DNA of 32,434 nt from Basidiobolus ranarum (taxonomy: Eukaryota): positions 1-32,434 of the forward strand of contig JASJQH010006958.1 of assembly GCA_040143965.1 (NCBI GenBank), given 5' to 3'. Position numbers and translations under genes: made by a program. Positions 22,556 through 32,434 of this stretch are shown piece by piece (positions within the stretch are counted from its first letter, which is position 1; each line of letters opens with the position of its first letter). Under the pieces are notes generated by a model that saw only the letters and a program-made list of their open reading frames with translations, was not told the DNA's origin and did not search any database.

Positions 22556-24351
22556 CTAACGAGTCCACTGACGCCCGTCACTGTTTCTAGCGTTGACACT
22601 CTTCTGCTTGAAATGATCTTTGCCCTCTTCCCTCTTGCCCTTGTATCCAGCACCAAAGCCACCGCCACCACCACGACGCTCAACCTTCTCACCCTTACCA
22701 CTTGCACCAATACTGATGTTGACCTTAGGAGGAACAACAAAACCAAAGGCCTTGGCAACCTTTTGAAGATCCAATTGGTTGACATTGAAGATGGCTTTGA
22801 GAGAGTAAGAAGCATAGGCTTGCAAGTATGAGCGATAACCATCACGTGCAGATTTGTTCAAGTAGTAGTTCTTCTCAACCAACTTCTCAAGCTGGGCTTG
22901 AACGTTGGCGATTTTGTTGTTAGGGAATTGATACTCATTCAAAGGAACCTTGGCTTGCTTCAAAAAACGAAGGAAACCTAATTCAGAGGGAAGCAAGAAT
23001 AAAAGGGATTTACCCTGGGTACCAGCTCTGGCAGTACGACCTACACGATGAATATAATCTCTTGGATCATCCGGAGGATCGAATTGAATAATCCAATCGA
23101 CAGCAGGAATATCCAAACCACGAGCAGCGACATCAGTACAGATAAGAATACCAGTTTCGGCATTACAGAATTCGAAGAAAGTGTTGCTTCTCTTTTGTTG
23201 CTTTTGACGACCATGAAGATCCAACACGGGGATATCAATGTAGTTCAATAGTTCGGCGTGGTATTTGACTGAGTTACATGAGGAGAAGAACACAATGATC
23301 TTCTTCTTCAAGTTCTTCTTGAGGAAAGTAAACAGAAGAAGGAAACGTTTATCACTATCGCAGACAACATATCCTTGCTCCAATCCCTCAGCAGTGGAAG
23401 TATCATTTCTCTCATCAACATTGATGTAAAGAGGTCCCTTCTTGAGTGACATTCTAGCAAGATCCTCAACCTTGGTGGTTTGAGTTGCAGAGAAAAGCAT
23501 AGATTGACGAGTTTCGTTGGGAAGAATGCGAATGATTTGCTTCATTTCATCCTCGAAACCACATTCCAAGATTCTATCAGCTTCATCAATAACCAAGGCC
23601 TTCAAATTCTTGAAAACAAAGCCTCTGGTATTTTGAAGATGATCCAATAAACGACCAGGAGTGGCAACAAGAAGATTTACTCCTTTGGCGAGTTTATCAG
23701 CCTCAGCCTTTCTGTTAGCTCCTCCAATGACGATACCGAAAGTTTGACTGTGGAATTTGAGAAGATCCTTAGCAACACCGAAGATCTGAAGAGCCAACTC
23801 TCTGGTGGGAGAGATGATAATGATACCGGTACCATTTCTAGGCTTGAACTTAAGCTTGGCTAAAAGCTCAATAGCAGGAATTAAGAAAGCAAGAGTTTTG
23901 CCGGAACCAGTCTTGGCAGCACCAAGTACATCACGACCAGCCATAAGAGGGGGAATAGTACGAGCTTGGACTTCAGTCATCTTAGTGAAACCCATCTCGG
24001 TAATAGCACTAGAAGTTTTCTCTGAGAGACCTAAAGCAGTGAATTCATAGACGAGCTCTTTGCCTATTTTCAAGAAGACGATTAATGAGTTGAAAGATAT
24101 TTGAATAAATAGTGCTATGGGAAATACATACCAGTTTCATTGATGGCTTCTTTCTCAATGCTTCCTTCCATCTTATGCTCGCGAATGTTGGTTTCAACGG
24201 GAGCTTGTTCTTCTTCTTCTTCCTCCTCCTCAACATCGTCTTCGTTGGTTTGCTCCAGCTCAGGTCTTTTGCTTACAGGCTCATCAGCCTCAGCATCCAC
24301 ATGCTTACGTTTCTTGTCAACAGACTTCTTAGACTTCACTGTAGGTGCCAT
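22556..24351 (-). CDS. HAS1: DEAD-box RNA helicase Has1/DDX18, join(24351..24132,24063..22556)
   Basis: [21 protein letters not shown] and HRVGRTAR motifs, plus Has1-typical KFKPRNGTG and [23 protein letters not shown] 68-nt GTATGT...TAG intron joins the charged N-terminal exon in frame. Confidence 0.95.
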
Positions 24352-25346
24352 AGTGTCTCAGCTAGTAAGCCCTTGGGTTCAGACAAAGAGCTATATCTAA
24401 AATACATTCTTCATCTTTAACGCAAAAAAAAAGAGAAAAAAAATCATGACCTGCTTTACCCAAAATGGAAATCCAAAAGCTAGCATTTATTTTTTTTTCT
24501 TTTCGTGATGAGGAAGAACATTCAGAATTTCCAATTTCCACCAATTTCCACCATCAAAGAAAACCAATTTTCTTGGAGAAAAGTTGTGTATCTCCTCACA
24601 AGTTAGCGTAATACTAATCATAAATGTGTAAGTTAATCCAACTCTATTTTGATTAAACTACTCACGAAATTCGATAGAAATAGTTATCTAAGTCACCAAG
24701 GATACAATACGCTTATAATAAGCAACATGAAACAACCCATTGTCAAGATGAGCAAATACCTTAAAATAGCGCCAGTAAACAATTGCATTGCTCCAATCAA
24801 ACAAGATGGGCTAAAAGTAAGTCATTGTAAGGAATCGTACGAATGCTGATGTTTCATAAACATGATCAAACCTGGACTCATTGATGGCTATTTACTAGTA
24901 AAGCTAACTGAAGATAGTGACCAAATTCGAGGACTTCGATTTTGATACATTAAGGCGTAGACTGATAATATCCGAAGTCCCCTCAGTCCTCAGTTCTCAA
25001 TCCTCAATTCTAAATATTGCTTTCATTAGATAAAATCTCAGCCTATTCGCTCACAAGCTCAATTAAACTTAGTTGTATTGGATCGATTTATCCACTTCAC
25101 TTTAATAGCTCTTTTTCTACTCTTCTCCTTGCGAGTAATTAGTATCAATATTCTCTCAAGTCACCGTTATCAAGCTGGATAACATAAAAAGAAAACCAAG
25201 TATTAGAAAGGCCGTAAGAGCAGTTAGGAATAAGGTTAATAATTGTTGAATAGAATTTCATCGTGACGCTTAGAGCTTCGTATTTTCCAACTACTGTATG
25301 TATTGATTTTCTTTACGCTACTTAGGAGGTATTTTCTTCCTTTGCA

Positions 25347-28303
25347 ATGCCTAACCACGCATCATTACGTTCGCCTGATGCTACCGATGATCTCGACTTG
25401 GTAGTAAATATCTTTCTTATACCTGTTTCCCCTAGTCTATTATGTGTTTCGCTTAGATGTTAATAATTCCATTCTTGCTATAGATTACCAACGTTGAGCA
25501 ATCGTATCAATATGTCAAAGATATGACTGAAGGAAATCAAATGGAACTAGCCTCGCTACTAAACTTCTTTCGCAATCGGTAAGTTTCACGTACTTACATA
25601 TATAGAGAAACGTTCGATTGTTAACTTTTTCTCGACACACGTACGTTCAGTCTGATAATAGAGGAGCAATACTGGAAAAGTCTTGATAAACTTGCCAAAA
25701 GACAAGCTGAACTATTCCCCTTAATGTAATTTCTATTTAATCCTTCTCCAACTTTAAAATTTCATCTAAGTATCTGAACTCTCAGGACTGGTTCTTCAAA
25801 CCTAATGACCACTTCACAGCAAGCTTTTAAAGCTATCGTATATGCTCATGAAGATTTGGCCACTCTACATAAAAATATCGCCGATAAACTTGCCAAAGAT
25901 ATTGTGGAGCGACTGGCTATAGTGAAGGTAGTCTCATATTAGTATAATGTGTTGGAAATGTAGATCATCGCTCAAATAAGACTAAAATAGGATAGTCATC
26001 GATACAAAGGGGCTCAAATTAAATCAGTGTTGAAATCTTCCAACAAAGAATATTTAGAATATAGAACCCAAATTTTACCAAAGGTAAGATCCTAGCTAGA
26101 GACACGGTTGGAACAATGGTTGTAATGTTGGGTTTCTTTGATACGATTTAGTTACAAAAGTCATACACGTCGAAATGCGAGTCACTTAAACAGGCATTCG
26201 GTAATGACGAGGAGAATCAAGCTAAACCGAACCAAACATCACGACACAGACAAACCAATTCCAAGGTATGTCAAATGTTAGAAAGGCCCGCCTTTTGTCG
26301 ATATTAAATATTTTGTTTAGAACTTCGCCAAGTACACTAAGGCTAAAAGGGAAGTAGACGATGCAGGTAACCTTATCACTTTGAGTTTTTTCGAGTGCGA
26401 CAAACTCATTTATATATCTTAGATGAGGATTACCGCCAAGGAATCCAAGAGCTAGAACGCGTGAGACAAAAACACGCTCTGCACACCAAGAATGCCTTCG
26501 AGGTACTTTGTCAACGTAGAGATTTCGGTATACATCCCACTCATCAAATTTCTTTACAGGAATCAAAAGACCTCGAGACTGAGCGCATCGAGGAGACGAA
26601 AGAGATCTTTCAAAAATTCGGAACTGTCGAGCAAGAAATGTGCAACGGAACAAACACTGTATGTAGTGATAAATACTGTTCCAGGATGAATTCCATACTA
26701 ATTCCAGTGATGCTCTCATCTCTTAGATACTGGAACAAATCTTCCCCTATGTGGAATGCATCAAACCTGAAGTCGATATCCGACTATTCAGCTCATCTCG
26801 GCAGCCGCAAGAGTACGTGTTACCGCAGCCTGTGTATTATAATAATTACTATGTCGGCGTAACCAAAGGTATCGTTTTGGAATCCATCGACAATTCTCTT
26901 CAGCATGTTGATTGAACCATATATGTATATAGACCTTATTTTTGGTGTCCCTCTCACCGAGCACCACCGTTTAAAAAAGCGCCATGTTCCGTTGATCGTA
27001 GAAAAGTGTATTGATTTTATTGATAGCAATGGTCAGTGGCATACTAAAGTACCCTTAACGTCATCCTATATTCACCTTAACCTTTAGGCTTGACCAAGGA
27101 GGGGATTTACAGAGTTCCCGGGAAACACTCTCAGATCCAGCAGCTGCGGCAGGCGTTTGAGAAGGAAGGATCCATTAGCTTGGAAGACGATACTAGTGTC
27201 GCCTCTGTTGCTGGTTTATTAAAGACGTACATAAGAGAGCTTCCAGAGCCATTGTTTCCATTCCCTTTTAGCGAACGTGTAGAATATTCAAGTATGTCTA
27301 GTATTCCAATCTCATTACATGCTCTATGCACTTGCTCATGCTTCTCCATCAGAAAACCCTGACTCAGCGGATAGGCTATTGACGTTACGCCACAAACTAA
27401 GTACACTTCCAGACGCCCACCTCTACACACTGTTATATCTAGCTCGTCATCTTGCTCGGTTGGTTGCGACGTCCTCATGACTATCTGTTTAACCATTCAG
27501 CTTACACTAATTTTCTAATTTTCTTTAGCGTGGTTCAACATTCGGACGTGAACAAAATGAGTGTCTCGAATATTTGTCTAATCTTTACCCCCGTGATATT
27601 TTATGATGCCCCGGATTCTACGGGGGCAGGGTCTCTTGCCGAGTGGCAATATGACATTGTATTAGAGGATTTGGTCAGGAACATTCATGAAATTTCGGAT
27701 TCGGACGGACTATTCAAGGTTGAAGGACTCTCATCGGCGAATAGAACAAGTCGATTCTCCAGTTTAGTTCCTTCACGTCAACACAGTAGAAACTTATCGG
27801 CCGACTCTATCCTAAGACCACCTCACAAACAGCCAGAACGATCACATTCAGCCAATGCTATATTATCAGAAACCACTAGCAATTATTTACTTTTCGAACC
27901 TTCAATGGATTCTTTAAGTATCGCATCTAGAGACTCACAAGTATCACTCGATTCACATATTAACCCGGAACAGCAGATGTCAACCTCTTTAAATGAAAAT
28001 TCCGAGTTTTCTTTAACATCTATCCCCGAGTTACACTTTGAAACGTTGGGAACGAGTATGTTATCTGATCAACAACCGCCCTCTCTACCACCACGTAATA
28101 GTTCTTCTCGCTCGTCAATTTCCTCTAATCGATCTTGGAATAGAGAGTCTATTCATGGAGATATTACCCTAAGCGAGTCTTCGCAAGAAAGTGAAACTCC
28201 CGATGCTACCACTGAACCTAAATGGGACAATTTAAGTGTTCCAACCGTTACTCGATCCAAATCAATCTCATCTAATAGATTTCTTAAAAATTTGATATCG
28301 TAG
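25347..28303 (+). CDS. F-BAR (FCH) + RhoGAP domain protein (Rgd1-like architecture), multi-exon
   Basis: FCH-like FFRNRLIIEEQYWKSLDKLAK. RhoGAP IFGVPL...VPLIVEKCI...EGIYRVPG (catalytic Arg), LLKTYIRELPEPLF, NKMSVSNICLIFTP. Ser-rich tail with PPSLPPR. The start codon is tentative. Confidence 0.85.
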
Positions 28304-28674
28304 TTAGACAACTATGAATAATCAAGAGAATATTATCCCATATGTTTCATTCCATTCCATCCCTTATCTTCTCTTCCCCATCTCATCCCATCCCATCCCT
28401 TTCCTCTATTCACTTCACTTCCTTTTCCCTTACTATCACAGGTTTCGCTAACCTTTCTTGCCAACATATTGTACGGGTGAATATATTTAATTAATTTCAA
28501 CATTTTTTAACATGCGAGATTCCACTTTGAGAATTATCTAGTAATACTTAATTTCCAATTCACCTAGGAAGAAGTAATCAAGAAGATTAACTTGGAATGT
28601 ATGATATTTCAGTCATTGTATAATTTACTCCTCCATATCAAATCCAATATAGAAATTATTCTGTTTAACTATAC

Positions 28675-28695
28675 TTATTATTATTATTATTATTA
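28675..28695. repeat. (TTA)n microsatellite
   Basis: About seven TTA units. Confidence 0.8.
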
Positions 28696-28847
28696 AACAT
28701 TACTCATTTATTGTTAAAGTATTTGGGAGACAGTTGGAAGTGGTTTAGAGAATTAGAGAAATTGGTGGTTTTCACTTATTGATTCATTCAGTAGAAAGTT
28801 GACATTTATAGTTTTGTCAAGATGTAAACAAACCAACGTGTAGAATG

Positions 28848-29053
28848 TGTTAAGGAAGGTCCCAGGAACATGTGTGCAAAGTTTGGGGCTTCTAGCACAA
28901 GTCTAAAAAATCCATATATCTGAGAACTTCCAAGTAAATTCCTCATGAGAATAATGGGTAATATCTTAGTTCAATATAAGATAACTAAATACTAAGCTAT
29001 ATATGACTATATAGGTGTTTAGGCAATTCTAATTGCAACACTCTCCCTCCACT
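28848..29053 (-). mobile_element. Copia-like 3' LTR (~193 bp, TGTT...AACA) with adjacent polypurine tract
   Basis: The minus strand reads AGTGGAGGGAGAG (29053-29041) immediately followed by TGTTGC. It is homologous to 1-113. The distal boundary at 28848 is tentative. Confidence 0.65.
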
Positions 29054-29403
29054 AAATAGTCATTGGATTAAACTATCTAACTTGAACTCTTTCATATCAT
29101 ATAAATTTTGATGTATTATTCCAATTTAAAACACAGGGGTCTAAAAAGTGTTGCAAAATGTTGAGGTCACACATGATGAGAAGGGTGGAAAAGAGAGAGA
29201 GGAATCAAACCAGTAGAGAGATTCCAAGCATCATAAAGAGAAGAAAGAAGGTAAGGTAAGGTCGAGAGATAGGTAATGGGTAATGTGTATATGTGTGAGT
29301 GCGTATAATATGTATTTGAATTGAAGCATCAGTGAATATTTGATAAATATGATAAATTATGAAAGGCCCACTATTTTCACAATTAACTATACCCCCTCCC
29401 CAT

Positions 29404-32400
29404 TTAAGAAACAATATGATAGGCTTCTCCCAACCGTGTAAGGAAACGTTGCACCGAGAGTCGAACATCCGTGTGGAGTTTACTCGAAAAGAGGGCCAAT
29501 ATTTGTGGGTAAAGCTTGGGAACATGTTTAGCGAACTGGAAATGTGAATAAATGTATACGTTAGGTCTAAAGAGATACAAACTGGATTGCTGTTCAAAAA
29601 TGACTTACTTGGGATTCTTCAAGTTCACATAATTTGTTCAGTACTTTGACAACAATAGGACGCCAGATCTCTAAATTTGAGTCGACAGACGAACGATCAA
29701 TCATATTATACGAGCTCAATATAGTGTGACAAAGCCTAGAAATTCAGCATCAAAAAAATCAATACGGGAAGAAGATTAATAGATAGTCATCCTCTAAATA
29801 AATACGTACGGTCCCAGTTTGTCTTCAACTTCATCTGCATGATTCTGACGATCTTTAGAGTTGTCACTATACATTTTAAAGAGTAAAAAGACACAGCTGC
29901 ACGCACTAAGAGTCTCTTGTCGAAAAAGATTGGGAAGCTGTGGCATCAAGCCTAAGAGTAGCAAATATTAGCAACGATGTTTTCAAACTGGAATAAATTC
30001 AATACAGTACCTGCTTCGAAAATGGCAGCACGAAGCTCCATATCAGAGTTGAATCGCTGGGCGAAAGAATAGGACCGCTCAAGACAATCAATCAAGATAA
30101 ACAAATGATGCGAGTCGATCGAACGATACACAATTTCATTGGAATTGAAAAGATCATCCACGGTTTGGATTAACAAGAGTCGAAGAACACATCTCGCCGT
30201 GATACGTCGGAATTCTTGCTTTTGCTTGTCCATCTGGTAGAGTGAAGCGTTCGGCAGAGAACTGGAGCGGGTTGGCATTCCGCTGAGAGGAGAGGCCCCC
30301 GATGAATCTGGGCCAAACAGAGTTTTACGAAAGTCGAACAAGCCTTGTGGACTACTCTTATCAAACAGCGTAACAAAAGTGGAGCATACTTTATCCCACA
30401 GCGCACTATCCAATCGAGAGATATTACTCTCGATAAGTCGTTGCAAACAACTATTGCCAATTCGAGCTAACGTTTCGTTCTCTTGCGTAATGCATACACA
30501 CAACAGTTCAAGAACCCCATCGGTCATATCCTTTAGCGTGTCAAAGTAGAAAGTAAACAAATCTATAGTATTCCGGACAGCTTGAATGAGAGTAGTCGAA
30601 AGCCAAACGCTCATATCCTCCTGATTTCTAAATCTTGTTTTTTTGTTGGAAGAGTCAAGGTCATGGAATATGGGGAAAATGACTTGTTGGAATATGGATT
30701 TCCAAAAGTCTTTCGGGAAATTGGCTCCGTGTTGTTTAAGACAGTCAAACATGAAGTCCAGTGCTCGATTACGAACTTCTAAATCCTCACAATTCATGAT
30801 GATATCGTACAGACCAAGCATGATTGGATACCAAAATGAAAGCTCCGGATCTTCTCTGAGTACAGGAGAATCGTCACCATCACTGTGAAGAATTGTTCCG
30901 CCATGTTGGGAGATCAAATCTTGAGTGACTTGTTTGTAGATTTCCATAGAATGAAGACTGATCTTAACAAAGCGGGTATTCTTACAGAATTCAATTAAGC
31001 ACGACACAAAGTCCTCCAAGCATCCGTGCGCTGCGATCTCGTGGAAGTTATCCTTTGAAACTGACTTGATGATTTCAAAAGCCATGGCAACGATAGCCTC
31101 ATTGTCTTCCTTGGCTGCTTTGGAAAACACTCTGAACATGGTCTTCCATCCTGAGCGAATATGGTACCCACGAGCTTGAATCATCTGTTGTAGACAACGT
31201 AGGGCCATATCTTTGATGTGGTAGTTTTGGTTATGCTCCATGATGAACTCAAATGGCTTAAGGAAGTCCTTCTGGAACTTGAAATGAGGGAGCTCCTCTT
31301 TCTCCAAGAACTTCATGGAGAGTTGTCGAAGGGAGTCCAATGCAAAGAATCCAACATGAGCATTGGAGTGACACCCAACCTGATTAAAGTGATCACCTAA
31401 AATGGCCCACATGTTGGACCATTCCATTCGAATTCTGTTCATATTGTAGTAACAAATCTCAACCAACTTTTGAAGGCAATAGGTTCTAGGATGCTCACTA
31501 TTCTTGGACAATTGAATCTCCTCCATGGATATCTCACTTAGAGCCCTGACAAAATCCACCACAGCACGTCCAGAGAGGCGAACACTTCCCGTAAAGATAC
31601 GATCAACAGCTACAACCACTTGTTGAGATCTGGTTTCAATCGCTGCTTCTTCAGCATAGGAAGTGTGCATTGTTGAATTTCGGTTGGACTTGTTCAAATG
31701 GACAGAAGTGGTTGATTGTCGCTTCTCAAGTTGAGATTGAGGATTGTTCAAGAGACGGGCCTGATTTAAATCTGGGATTGTATCTCCATCGGCACCATTG
31801 CTAATAAGCTGAAATCTTTCTAGTTGACTTACACAAGCAAGGACATCTTTCCAGGATTCTTTTAGATGATTACCCTCGGAGTGGGCGATCTCCAGCAATG
31901 TTTTGATGGCTTCAACATTCTTCACTTTCATTTCACTTAGATTGTTTAGGAACGTAAATTTAGCTAGGGTGGATACAAAAGCATTCCTTTCTAGTTCCAT
32001 ATCAAATATAGAAGCGATGTGAACGGCATACTTGAGCCCTTCCAAACATAAGTTAACGATCTCCAAGTCGTCATAATCTTGCATGGATGTGCTAATACCA
32101 GCCAGAAATGCCATCCATACCAATTCGAACATTGGTCTGACATGTTCGAAATGAGACGCACTGTAATATGTAGCCTGAATTCGACTGATTCCACGTCTAT
32201 TTCTTCCTTTGAATATGGCTTCCGTCTTCGAGGCTAATTCAGCAGAGGCGTGAGCATGGAATTCACGTTTAGCTTTTCCAGTAATTGCCTCGAATGGTGA
32301 TAAATCTCTGAAGATACTGAGTGGACCATTAGACGAAGAGTTTGGAAAGATGCCCTTTTCATCTTTGATTCGAATCTCATTTTTGGAAATATCATCATAA

Positions 32401-32434
32401 ATCTCTTCCAAAAACTTATCAGGTAGATCGGCTT
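29404..32434 (-). CDS. SEC7: Arf guanine nucleotide exchange factor Sec7/BIG, 3' portion (5' end outside window)
   Basis: End of the Sec7 domain (LEEIYDDISKNEI), then HDS-region motifs HVRPMFEL, LQKLVEICYYNMNRIRMEWS, DSLRQLSMKFLEKEELPHFKFQKDFLKPF, QENETLARIG. Three further small exons end with TAA at 29404. Confidence 0.95.

Noticed and set aside
24505-24552. PAC-like GTGATGAG or snoRNA C box, and ccaatttcca duplication, upstream of HAS1
   Set aside because: Imperfect PAC match, no nearby D box or terminal stem; too short to support.
1-29040. One giant LTR element or composite transposon carrying the whole gene block
   Set aside because: Both repeats look like 3' LTRs with internal sequence on their right side (RNase H remnant; PPT), and the enclosed genes are ordinary intron-containing housekeeping genes.
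29205-29597. 130-aa minus-strand ORF
   Set aside because: Alternative frame over the last SEC7 intron and exon; the real exon reads FAKHVPKLYPQIL...IVS*.

Overview
Eukaryotic, intron-rich fungal DNA with 60-80 nt GT-AG introns and CTAAC/CTAAT branch sites. It is probably from an early-diverging, zygomycete-grade lineage (inference). There are ten protein-coding genes: a homeobox TF (+), SGS1 RecQ helicase (-), an intronless ~27-motif P-class PPR protein (+), a UPF0014/FetB-STAR2-like membrane protein (+), a Pho80/Pcl-type cyclin (+), a secreted two-FAS1 fasciclin (+), SRP receptor beta (-), HAS1 (-), an F-BAR/RhoGAP (+) and the 3' part of SEC7 (-). A decayed Copia-type retrotransposon (RNase H plus LTR) occupies the left end, and a related LTR with a polypurine tract lies at ~28.9 kb. 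The most notable observations are: (1) two in-frame stops inside an RGG/Asp repeat of the fasciclin that would be removed exactly by a cryptic intron resembling a copy of the coding repeat; (2) a very long, plant-like PPR array with a readable recognition code; (3) the Copia remnants; (4) telomere-like minisatellites upstream of the cyclin. No prokaryotic-type system, CRISPR array or tRNA is supported. All exon models were derived by eye.
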